A DNA stretch of 63,820 nucleotides, counting the filler, from Octopus bimaculoides (taxonomy: Eukaryota): assembly GCF_001194135.2 (NCBI RefSeq). It is 8 parts of 8 records of this genome, joined end to end, with 100 filler letters (N's around TTAATTAATTAA, not from the genome) between each part and the next. Parts side by side here need not be neighbours in the genome. Positions count along the whole stretch, not along the records: positions 30,767 to 44,792 come from NC_068989.1; positions 44,893 to 56,849 come from NC_069000.1; 6 more parts are not named here. One strand, 5' to 3'. The number at the start of each line of letters is the position of its first letter. Within the stretch, counting starts at the first letter, position 1. The notes under the pieces are model-generated. The model made no database searches. It saw nothing but the letters and a program-made list of their open reading frames with translations, and was not told where the DNA came from. Positions 41,785-53,323 of the stretch are shown one piece after another. The translations under genes and the position numbers were made by a program.

Positions 41785-42355
41785 TATAAGATAAAAATTT
41801 TCCATATTACAGTTGAGCGTTAATGTAAGAAATTGATTGTTTTGAGGTTAACAATTTAGGTGCATAATGGGGAATTGTTTGATTAGGTCCTTTCTGAACA
41901 TATCTGCTGGTTACCCGTTTATATTTTTGGAGATCAATAGACCGTCATCTCTATAAAATCTGCTAAAAGTGCGTAATGTATTATATATTAAGCATAAAAT
42001 ATATAATCCTATTAGATTTGAAATTTCTCTTGAATTCTTGATGTTCATGCTTACATCAAAGGCATCTGCTTTCTGTTTGTTATCAATATACCGTCATTGA
42101 AGATAAAAATCGACTTCTTGTTATGTATTATTACTTGTATGTAGTTATCTGAGATGATGAAGAGGAATTCGTGAAATCTAGGGTCGTTAGTAATATCTAC
42201 TTATAATGTACAACTAATAGTAACTTATATAAAAATTGGTTGAATAAGTTTTCTTGTTTCTTAGGTTATGTGTAAACCGACAAATGAGTGATTCATCTTT
42301 ATCCCAAAGTGCTAATCTGATCTTTTCTGGATATTGTTATTGAGTTTATCCAATA

Positions 42356-42785
42356 TAGTTCTATATTTAAAAGATGAGGAATTATGTACGTTATTTACAT
42401 TATTTATATTCGACGGATATTTGTCCTCATCTTGTTTGTTGTTAACACAACGTTTCGGCTGATATACCCTCCAGCCTTCTTCAGGTGTCTTGAGGGAAAT
42501 TCGAACCTGGATTCTCATTCCTAAGGTATTTTTCGATGTTGTTGTTGTTATTATTATTATTATTATCATCATTATTATTATTATTACTGTTCAGGTCACT
42601 GTTTGGAATCGAACTCGGAATCTTGGGGTTATTAGCCCTCGATCTTAACCACTACGCCATATGCCCGTGGGCATATGGCAAAATTTCCCCAAGACACCTG
42701 AAGAAGGCTCTGGAGGGTACTTTAGCCGAAACGCTGTGTTAACAACAAACAAGATGAGGACAAATATCCGTCGAGTGTAAATAAT
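42356..42785 (-). mobile_element. tRNA-Ile-headed SINE-like element with a hammerhead-containing Penelope-type tail and inverted 5' duplication
   Basis: rc head 42593-42666 has A box TGGCGTAGTGG, GCTAATAAC anticodon loop and B box GTTCGATTCC. The ~100-bp arms 42399-42501 and 42682-42785 are inverted repeats. Confidence 0.8.
42444..42489 (-). ncRNA. Minimal type I hammerhead ribozyme motif, intact core
   Basis: GACAC-CUGAAGA-A-GGCUG(N10)CAGCC-GAAAC-GUU^GUGUU: 5-bp stem I, 5-bp stem II, palindromic loopless stem III. The + strand copy at 42693-42740 has GUU mutated to GCU. Confidence 0.75.
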
Positions 42786-43078
42786 TTATCCAATGTTTTA
42801 CTGATGCTTTTGTGTTCGATTCTAGTTGCGTTGATGACTGTTTCGGAGTCATTTATAGATATTGGGATTGTGATCCTCTATAGTTACATACAAGATTTTG
42901 TGTGTGAGTATGTTTTATTTATGCTCTGCGTTAAGTAAGAAGACAATTTTACTGTATTTGTTATTTCCTTGCAGCTGATAATGATTCTGTTTATTAGTAG
43001 AATATTTTAAGCCTTGAAATCAATTCCCTAGGTGTTTTAATTTCACAAATATTGCCGGGGATGTATGCATACCAAACT

Positions 43079-43119
<41 letters not shown>

Positions 43120-43177
43120 ATACAGCATAGTAAGAAGAGAAATAAACGTGCAGGAGTTCCAGTAAGAACACAGACAT

Positions 43178-43411
43178 ATTCTTACTTACTGCCCATAAGG
43201 GGCTACACGCAGAGGGGACAAACAAGGACAGACAAACGGATTAAGCCGATTATATTGACCCCAGTGCGTAACTGGTACTTATTTAATTTACCCCGAAAGG
43301 ATGAAAGGCAAAGTCGATCTCGGCGGAATTTGAATTCAGAACGTAGCGGCAGACGAAATACCGCTAAGCATTTCACCCAGCGTGCTAACGTTTCTGCCAG
43401 CTCACCGCCTT
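43178..43411 (-). mobile_element. Full-length SINE (major family)
   Basis: Complete head and tail, low divergence from the 8897-9115 copy. Confidence 0.9.
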
Positions 43412-44407
43412 TAGAACACAGACATATATACATTAAACCTTTTAAACAAACACTGAGACGCACGCGTTTCAAAAGACTCAAACATCCATCGGACTACATA
43501 TGGAAAATTCTCAATAAAACAACCGGGAAAAACCCATATCTCACAATTCATGCATGCCATTATAATAACACGGGAAGTTGCTTCTATTCATTTCTTAAAA
43601 ATTAACCTACGTAGATGGAAAGAATAGAATTTTAAATCACATTGCAGGAAAAGCCATGGTGTGACTAATTTAAAAGACATAACATAAAATGGAGTAACTA
43701 GCTATTAGTAGTAATAAAATATTCATATATATGGTATCTTAAAAATTAACATTGAGTTATCTTTGCTTTATATTCCTCTTAACCATTATCAATATACTCA
43801 TTAATATCTAGCGCCCTATCTGCACTTTATGCATTACAACTATTAGACTTCTCCATCCAGAAATACCAAGAGAATCAAAATTCGGTTTTAGAATAAAACG
43901 ACAGTAACTGAGTAACAGACAACTACTCAAAAGTTTCTATTAAATACACAAAGTGAGCAGCGCTTTCCAGCAATATAGCCATACATACATAATACATACA
44001 TACATACATACATATTTTACAACTAGCTACTTTGCTTATTGCAAATCAGTGACCGATGATCGCTTTGCTTTCTGGAGCGGATTCTGGTCATCTCTCTAGC
44101 GATCGGGTTTTCGCGATTGAGGACGAGAACATTAGCTCGAAACAGTACGTACATAAATGTGAAACAAGGTGGAAAAATAGTACTGGAATACGGAGGTAGA
44201 GTAATATGCTTTATTAATAAAGCTACAAAGACATCACAAAAACTGTTACTCAGAGTTTCACGTTCTCGTAACATACACGTAGGTACAACGGATAAATATG
44301 TATTCACATTCGGCTGTGTTGGAGGTGTTGGTTGGATATCTGCTGCACGATATCGCACGATCGTGTGCATATTTAACCCTAGCACTTTGAAATTTTATAT
44401 TGGAAAT

Positions 44408-44467
44408 GCTACACTGATGATGAGAACTAAGTAATTAAGCACTTTAATCTCGAAACGCGTATGTGGC
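44408..44467 (+). ncRNA. Minimal type I hammerhead ribozyme motif, second family
   Basis: GCUACA-CUGAUGA-U-GAGA(N22)UCUC-GAAAC-GC-GUA^UGUGGC: 6-bp stem I (one G.U), palindromic ACGCGU stem III. Confidence 0.75.
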
Positions 44468-45134
44468 TAATCGGAGTCTTATTCATTCATTATTTTTCTC
44501 CTTGCTTGCGTTAAAAAGTGTGCTATTGTCTGGGGGATTCTTACGGTAGTAGAAAAGGAATTTTAAACTCCTATTTCTAAATTCGGTATGTGGTGAAGCA
44601 ATTAGCTGACCCCTAATTATAATTATGTTTATAATTATAGAATATTTGTATAATTTTACCTATAAAGGTTATTTTAACATACCGATATACTTGGTAAAGT
44701 TATTAATTAATAAATTGATTAATTAATTAATTAAATTGATTAATTTTACCCTTTTCTTATTAATTTGAAATTATATATATATATATATATATNNNNNNNN
44801 NNNNNNNNNNNNNNNNNNNNNNNNNNNNNNNNNNNNTTAATTAATTAANNNNNNNNNNNNNNNNNNNNNNNNNNNNNNNNNNNNNNNNNNNNTATGTGTG
44901 TGTATGTGTGTATACACATACAGTCTGCACAGACATGCATATGGGTACGCACAAAAACTATAAAAAGAATTACTTGGAGAGTACCGCTAATGCTAGAAAT
45001 AACAGCGAAATTCCTCCCTTTAAAACAGAAGGATACATTAGAGAATGAATTTCTATATGCCGTTTAAAGAGTGGGACGACTATGGCTGGAGAGTCTTTCA
45101 TAATAAAAAGAAAGAGGGGGCAAATCATTAAATA

Positions 45135-45950
45135 TTGATGGGGTCAGTGGATTTCTTTGGCCCCGAAATGATAAATGGTATAGAATACTTCGGCGGAATT
45201 TGAACTCGGCGCATAAAGGCGGAGTGAATTCGACCAAATGTTTTTCCCGGCGTGCTTACGATCTTGCCTACTCATCGCCTTAACGAATGAAATATAAAAT
45301 ATTATCTAGAATTATAACTAAATCTTAACATACGAATCGAACACGGCGCCAAAATTTCCCATCAAGGCTTGTCAACGTTATGCTAATACACGTTCAGTTT
45401 CCCGAACGCCCATTTCATAATTCTATTTTCATAAGTCTCTATTTTCATAAGTTTGCACATGCGTATTCAAGTTCCCTGTTATAATATTTTTTTTTTTTTC
45501 GTTTTGCTTTAGTTTTTCTGGATAATTATGAATGAACTGAAGCAATGGTGGTCGTGGTGGAAGTGGCGGCGGCACTGATGGTGGAAATGCTGGCTACGTT
45601 TCTCTTCAAGAAGAAGGAAGGATCTCAATGTAGTTTGAATATGAAGTGATATCCTATTATGAAAAATATATTTCTGGATATAAACATAAATACAATATCT
45701 ATATCCGGAGATGCTGATACTCACATACATATATTCTTTTCTACTCTAGGTAGAAGGCACGAAATTTTTGGAGAGGGGTGGCAGACGATTAGATCGACCA
45801 CAGTATTCAACTAGTACTTAATTTATTGACCCCGAAAAGATAAAAGGGAAAGTCGACCTCGGCGGAATTTGAACTCAGAACGTAGCGGCAGACGAAATAC
45901 CGCTAAGCATTTCGCCCGGCGTGCTAACGTTGCTGCCAGCTCACCGCCTT
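45135..45950 (-). mobile_element. Two SINEs of the major family: degenerate (~45135-45281) and well preserved (~45733-45950)
   Basis: CTCGGCGGAATTTGAACTCAGAACGTAGCGGCAGACGAAATACCGCTAAGC core. Confidence 0.85.
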
Positions 45951-46165
45951 CACACACACGTATATATTATCATGTGAATGTGCATATATGGACACATTAA
46001 TAAGCATGTGCATACACACACACAAATACACATATATATACATATATACATACATACACCCGTCTGATGAGCGTTTTTAAGCTGAAACTTTGGCAAACTC
46101 AAAGCTTTGCTTGCAAAATAATATGGTACTCTACAAAAAGATAATCTATGTTATTTATTATATAC

Positions 46166-46222
<57 letters not shown>

Positions 46223-47104
46223 ATATAAACATATATATATATATATATAGAGAGAGAGACAGATATAGATGTATATCGATTATTCATAATGATATAATGA
46301 TGCAACGAAACGTATCGTCCATCTTTTATATTATCGTCATTCAGCTAAAAACACTCCAGCTGAAGCAGACTTAACAGTAACACAAGCAAAAGAATTCCAG
46401 CTCTGACGATCTCGTCTGCATTTGCACTGTGCATAATACACAAATCTCTAAACTGTCGAAAGTGCTTATATCCTCCTACGAAAAGACACCATATGATTTA
46501 AACGCGATGCGTCAGCTATTTCTAGCAAATGAATCAACTACATACCTACCGGAGCTGCCTAACTAATTCCGTCACTAGCTAACTAAGTAGTACTTCGTTG
46601 ACCTTATTATATTTAGCTATTATATACTACCAGCTAGATAGAAGCATAGTTATGTAGTAAAGTAGCTTATAACTTCATACCAGCAGGCTATGTGAATTCA
46701 AGAACTCCGGATATAAATGCGCTCATTATGTTAACTTTCCAAGTTAGTGTGGGTTGCCTAATAAACTGGTTTAGTAATTTAAGTATCAATATCACACGTC
46801 CATACACACAAGTGCATACTATACGTATGTATTTTCACACATTTGCAAACGTGAATAGTCACATATATTGTTGTATGGCCATGATCTGGGACATCATTAC
46901 TGAGGTGTGTATGTGTGTGTGTGTGGAAGCTGTGTATTCGTGCATGTGTGCTTTTGTGTGTGTGTATTTACACACACATGTCAATGCGTAAGTGTTATAT
47001 GAGCATATCATATACATCTTTATGTGTGTGGGTGTTTAAATAAATATGTGTGTATGCATATATATATACATATATATATATTCATATATATATATATACA
47101 TATG

Positions 47105-47154
<50 letters not shown>

Positions 47155-47276
47155 NNNNNNNNNNNNNNNNNNNNNNNNNNNNNNNNNNNNNNNNNNNNNN
47201 NNNNNNNNNNNNNNNNNNNNNNNNNNNNNNNNNNNNNNNNNNNNNNNNNNNNNNNNNNNNNNNNNNNNNNNNNNNN

Positions 47277-47326
<50 letters not shown>

Positions 47327-48582
47327 GCATATATATATATATACATATACATATATGCATATGCATATATACGGATGTTTGTGTATATGTGCATATATAC
47401 AGAAATATCCATATATGCATATTAGTAGCACCATTTTTCTTTAGCAACTGTAATGGCTGAGAATTTAAGCAGAGTGGTTGCTTGTTTCTCTGTGGTTGGT
47501 CAAATTGATTTTGACGCCACTATAAAATTCGAAAATCGATTAAGCTTGTTCATGATATTTTCAAACTCTGGATAAACGCGCTGTTTGTAAAAGTGGTTAT
47601 ATATGTATATTATATACATATATTATAGATAAATGGATATATATGCACACACACACACACACAGAAACATACATATAGGCGCACGTTTTTTTATTGTCTA
47701 GAAAATAGATAATTTTTTGCAGTGTACCTGTTTTAGAGAACTGAGAAGATTCTATTCTCTACAAAACAATGTAGCTAGACTACAGTTTGATATTGGGGGG
47801 TCAAATGAATGATGTGAGGTACATGTGCGTTTCACGAGAAATAGCAAGATAAGGGAGCATACGATCTTCAGCCGAACATCAAATTAAGTCACCAAACATC
47901 AAATTAAGAAGGTTATTGCTTTTCCCAGTGATATCTATATGGCTATTTGACTATGGGTAGTCTACCCACTTCGTTTGTGTCCCAATGTCACTTTTAAACC
48001 AGGACACTTAGATCGAGAAAATATGTCGGAATTTATGGAAACATCTTCAAAATGCCTCCATGAAGATTATCTCCCTTCCTTTTAACTATAGCTTATGTAG
48101 AGCACTTGATGAGAATGATGTGTAGAAAAATTTTAAAAACATACATTTCGTTTCTATTTTCAGACATTTCTATTTTGTTAGCGCCTTAGAAAACGAGGTA
48201 AATCCCCAGTTAACTAAGTTTCGATTCTAGGTTGCAGATGTTCTATATTTTCTTTTTATTCAGTCAATAAGACCCTTAATAAAGACATGGACATTACAAC
48301 TTCGTATTATTACCCCCGCTAAAAGTCTTTCATGTCCAACTGGGCCTGAAAGGTTTACAGTAACACAGATTATTACGATGCTTTGCGGGTGGGGCGTATA
48401 GCAACCGGAAGCCATTCCGCAGTTCTCTCCGTGGTTTATTATGGCGTTGTCATCTCAAGCTACATATAACCGGAAGCGGATACGCATTGGCCGGAAGCAT
48501 ATACATTATGAAAAATAATACCAGCATAAATATGGAGCAATATAGTGCAACATGTTGGCCTTATTATTCCTGAAACTACAAA

Positions 48583-49030
48583 CTCAGTGAGTTGGCAGAA
48601 TCTTTCAGCTCGTGGAATAAAATGTATAGGGAAATTTCTGCCAGCCCTCTACGTTCTGAGTTCAAATTCTGACCAAATCAACTTTGCCTTACAACTTTCT
48701 GAGACGAAAACAATAAATACCAGTCAGTAATGGGGTCGCTGTAATTGACTAACCCAACTCTTACGAAAATTGCTAGCCTTGTACTAAAATTTGGAACCAT
48801 TTGAAGGCCATTCTTACGTAACAAGCGCAGTAGATTGGTAGAACCGTTACAGCGTCGAACAAAATGCTATGAGGTATTTCTTCCAATTCTTTACGTTCTG
48901 GGTTCAAATCTCACCGATATCAATTATGTCTTCCATCCTTCCGAGGTATCATAGAATAAAGCACCATTCATACACTAGGGTCCTTGTAATCGACTTTAAA
49001 CTTCCTCTCCAAATTGCTGGTATTGAAAGA
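48583..49030 (+). mobile_element. Two old SINE copies in tandem (~48583-48800, ~48825-49030); further degenerate - copies at ~49400-49600, ~50055-50175 and ~38686-38770
   Basis: TACGTTCTGAGTTCAAATTC and TACGTTCTGGGTTCAAATCT cores with family tails. Confidence 0.7.
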
Positions 49031-49637
49031 TATTCAATATCGCTAGCATTCATTTTCAAGTTTTGCAACAAAACATGGCTACCACAACCCCGTATATAGA
49101 CTGTGTCTAGCTTTAATAGATGTTTCCACCATTGAAGCTTTTATCATAATCAATGTTCAATAGTATAGAATTCATAGAAAATCAATGCTAATGAGATACA
49201 GCGTCCATCCTACGATATAAGAGAAACCATTTATAGGTTTCTCTTATGTAGTGGTAGCAGCAGCAGTAGAGATGGTGTTCGTGGTGGTGGAAGTGGTAGT
49301 GGTAGTAGTTGTTGTTGTAGTTGTAGTAGTAATTGCCGCCCCTTATATTAAGTAGTTTCTCTTGTATAATAATAATATATTATATTACTTATTTCTAGTA
49401 AATTGAGGAGAAAAGTGTTTAGTCGATAACGTTACTAGTACTCTATGTTATCGAGTTCGGGAGGGGGAGTTGATGAAAGGCAGAGCTGATTGCAACAGAC
49501 TATAAATTTAACTTCTGGCTATGGATGCAAAGAGCTTCAAAAAAAAAAAAAAATTAGCGCCAGGCATTTTGTACGACGCACTAACGTTCCTGCCAAATCA
49601 TTGATCCGTATAACTGATCTCATCTAACATAATAAGT

Positions 49638-49742
49638 TTAACACATAAAGCGCGACGGGCCACGATCGTAGCCGTCGGGAAACAGGTCGACAGGCCACTA
49701 CCGTGGCCGTGAGGCACAAGTCGACAGGCCACGATCTTGGCC
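49638..49742. repeat. Three ~34-bp GC-rich palindromic units (GAC.GGCCACGATCGTGGCCGT) following TTAACACATAAAGCG
   Basis: Direct reading; possibly the subterminal repeats of a piggyBac-like end. Confidence 0.7.
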
Positions 49743-50286
49743 CAGATAGATGCATTTAATTTATGGGCGTTTGTTGGGGTCTAATGTCACCCAAACGCTC
49801 CGATACCCCCAGAATGCAAGAGGACTAATAGTTCAACTAATGACTTTTCAGATGATGTAAAACTTGCCACCATTATATACTAAGAAGATATTTTAACTAT
49901 TTCTTTTGTTTTTTATGTGTGCATGGTAGTCTCATTTTCATAAAATGTGCTCAGCAGTCCATGCTATGTAAGTGCAAATCCCAGCGCCTTATGGGGTAAG
50001 GACAAAAATTCCATTGGGTTTCTTAGCTGGCAAAACTGACTCGAGTTCTTGACTCGTACTTTATTTCATCGACTCCAAAAAGATGAAAGGTAAATTTGAC
50101 CTCGACCGGATTTGAACTTAAATCGTAAGGATCGGGAACACATGCTGCAAGAAGAAGGCCTTTCATCTAACGCTAACGCAATGGTTCTCAATCGGGGTCC
50201 ATATAAGGTTTTATTGGTAAAATTTACGTGCAATAAATTACTTCTACTTCTACAATACACAAAGGATTTCAACATATTTTTGATTC

Positions 50287-50439
50287 AGTTCTATATTTAA
50301 GAGATGAGGAATTATGTACATTATTTACAATTGACGGATATTTGTCCTCATCTTGTTTATTGTTAATACAACGTTTCGGCTGATGTACCTTCCAGCTTTC
50401 ATCAGGTGTCTTGTGGAAATTTTGAACCTGGGCTCTTAT
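50287..50439 (-). mobile_element. Second copy of the hammerhead tail seen at 42356-42515 (HHR motif 50365-50410, degraded)
   Basis: Same 3' terminus (AGTTCTATATTTAA.AGATGAGGAATTATGTAC); core CUGAUGA...GAAAC-GUU with one stem I and one stem II mismatch. Confidence 0.85.
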
Positions 50440-51028
50440 GTTTAAATCGATTACATCGACCCCAGTGCGTAACTTGTACTTAATTTATCGACCCCCGAAA
50501 GGATGAAAGGCAAAGTCGACCTCAGCGGAATTTGAACTCAGAACGTAACGGCAGACGAAATACCGCTAAGCATTTCGCCCGGTGTGCTAACGTTTCTTAT
50601 TTCTTTATTGCCTACAAGGGGCTAAACATAGAGGGAATAAACATGGACAGACAAAGGGATTAAGTTGATTACNNNNNNNNNNNNNNNNNNNNNNNNNNNN
50701 NNNNNNNNNNNNNNNNNNNNNNNNNNNNNNNNNNNNNNNNNNNNNNNNNNNNNNNNNNNNNNNNNNNNNNNNNNNNNNNNNNNNNNNNNNNACAACAACA
50801 ATGAAATAATAATAATTTTGTTACTATAGTCACAAGACCTGAAATTTGTGGGTGGGGTCTAGTACATTATATCCAACCCTTGTGCTTCACTGGTATTTAA
50901 CTTATTGACCCTGAAAGGATCAAAAGTCAAAGATGACCACAGCGGAATTTGAACTCAGAATGTAAGAACGGACGAAATGCCGCTAAGCATTTCGTCCAGC
51001 ATGCTAACGATTCTGCCAGCTCGCCGCC

Positions 51029-51030
<2 letters not shown>
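50440..51030 (-). mobile_element. SINE cluster: head-to-tail dimer (50440-50672) and a single copy (~50818-51030) followed by (AAT)n
   Basis: Family cores; dimer junction GCTAACGTTTCTTATTTCTTTATTGCC at ~50585-50611. Confidence 0.85.
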
Positions 51031-51094
<64 letters not shown>

Positions 51095-51666
51095 GTTCAA
51101 GAGCAAGGACAAACATAAACAATAAGCATAAATAATAATTGTAATAGCAACAACAAAAATAAGTATAAATAAGAAAAATGATGAGCAATAATTAATATTT
51201 TAACGGTCGTAATTACACAGGGTCAAAAAGAAGAATATTAAAACTTACACACACAAACACGCACACACATACACACACACACTCTCTCTCTCTCTCTCAC
51301 ACACAAATAGAAACACATACACTCGCACATGCACTCACACGCGCACACACACATACACTCACAGACACACATAACATTCACACAAACACACACACTCACA
51401 GACACGCATATACACACATGCACAACAATGAATATGATGTTAATGATGTCTGTGATAATGATGAGCACTGATATGCTTTCACAGGGTATCAAATTGACAT
51501 GGGCGTGTATGCGCGCGTGTATGTGTGTGAGTGTGTGTGTCTGCGTATGAGAGAGAGAGAGAGAGAACGAGAGAATATGTGCGTGTGTACGTTTGGGCTT
51601 TTCTACGTATTTTTTTAAAGTGTTATGCTGCTTCCGTGATGTATGTGTATGTATGTATGTATGTTT

Positions 51667-51732
<66 letters not shown>

Positions 51733-52062
51733 CGTGCGCGGGCATGTGCTTGCGTATGTTTGTGGGCGCTTGCACGTGTATGTGCAGGTGATGTATGTAC
51801 ACACTTTAAAATGTATATATATATAAGTAGTACTGGGGCCGATTTATTCGTCTAAACTCATTCAAGGTAATGCTCCAGCATGGCCTCAGACCGGTGGCTG
51901 AAACAAGTTTAGAAGATAAAAAAAGTAAAAACATTCGGAAGTGATAATTACTAAAACAGAATTTAACTCTCTACTTTCACTTTCAACACTTGTTGAACAT
52001 AATAACAACGATGATGAAAATGGTAGTGATTTTCACGTGGTCTTTCACCTCACCTTACTCTT

Positions 52063-52121
<59 letters not shown>

Positions 52122-52829
52122 CCTCTCCCCGCTCTCTCTTTCACTCTGTTCTTTCATTTTTCCGCATTCTCTCTATGCAAGAAGTGTGCTGTTTGCTGAA
52201 CAAAGAATAAAACGCTGGAACAACAAATTTGTTTGTTTGTTTATCATGTTTTTATCAATTTTTTAACCAACAAAGACAATGAAACTTGATAAACGAGCAT
52301 ATATAACCGTTTCTGTTTTGTTTCTTTTTTTTGTTTTAGTTGTTTCGTTTTGTTTTTCCCTTCGTAATATGGTGTCTTTAAAACATATATATATACTATA
52401 TATATATATGTAGTACATATCTATACATAGTACATATATAGAACATATATGTATATATATATAGTACGTATATATATACATACATATATATTACATATAT
52501 ACATATATATATATATTTACTATAATATAATCCAGTGTTTATCGTTCTTATAATCTTTAATTTTTAAAATTTTTAATGTTTTCCTCTTGCATTTTGTGTG
52601 TCGTATTTAGCTGTCTGTCTTTCATGCTCAAATCTCGCTTCGTCTTTTAACTGTTTTTTTTTTTTACTTACTTCTTTTTTCTTTTTAAATCTTACTTACG
52701 TTCCACCATCTTTTTATTTTTCTCAATCACATCCTTTCCATACATATTTTCATTCTAGCTAACTCTCTAATGTACATTATTAAATTTTTTTTTACACACA
52801 CATACACACACGCACGCACATATATTTAT

Positions 52830-52949
52830 ATACATACAGCCACACAAATATATATATATATATATATACACATATAAATATATACACATAAACGCAAATA
52901 TATATATATACACACATAAACATATATACATATATATATACTTGTATAT

Positions 52950-52988
<39 letters not shown>

Positions 52989-53095
52989 GTATATATACAC
53001 ACGTATAAACATATATACATATAAATATATACATGCAAATTTATATATATATACACATACGTATGCATATATACATATACATATATCTACATATA

Positions 53096-53167
<72 letters not shown>

Positions 53168-53180
53168 TACATACGTTTAT

Positions 53181-53227
<47 letters not shown>

Positions 53228-53260
53228 TATATATATATATTATTTATATGTATATATATC
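52830..53260. repeat. Compound (TA)n/(CA)n microsatellite immediately 3' of the FoxC stop (probable 3' UTR)
   Basis: Direct reading; begins ~65 nt after the stop codon. Confidence 0.9.
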
Positions 53261-53323
53261 TTGAAATTCATTTACTCACACAAGCAACCAAGTATTTTTT
53301 TCTTTTGTGTATTTTTTTTACCT

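Noticed and set aside
42593-42666. Functional tRNA-Ile(AAT) gene
   Set aside because: The acceptor and T stems do not pair; it is a tRNA-derived head. The same applies to the other SINE heads.
46061-46100. CTGATGAGC...GCTGAAACTTTGGCAAACTC hammerhead-like motif
   Set aside because: Stem II is only 2 bp, the triplet does not pair with stem III, and there is no stem I. It is at best a decayed relic; the same applies to ~2578-2625.
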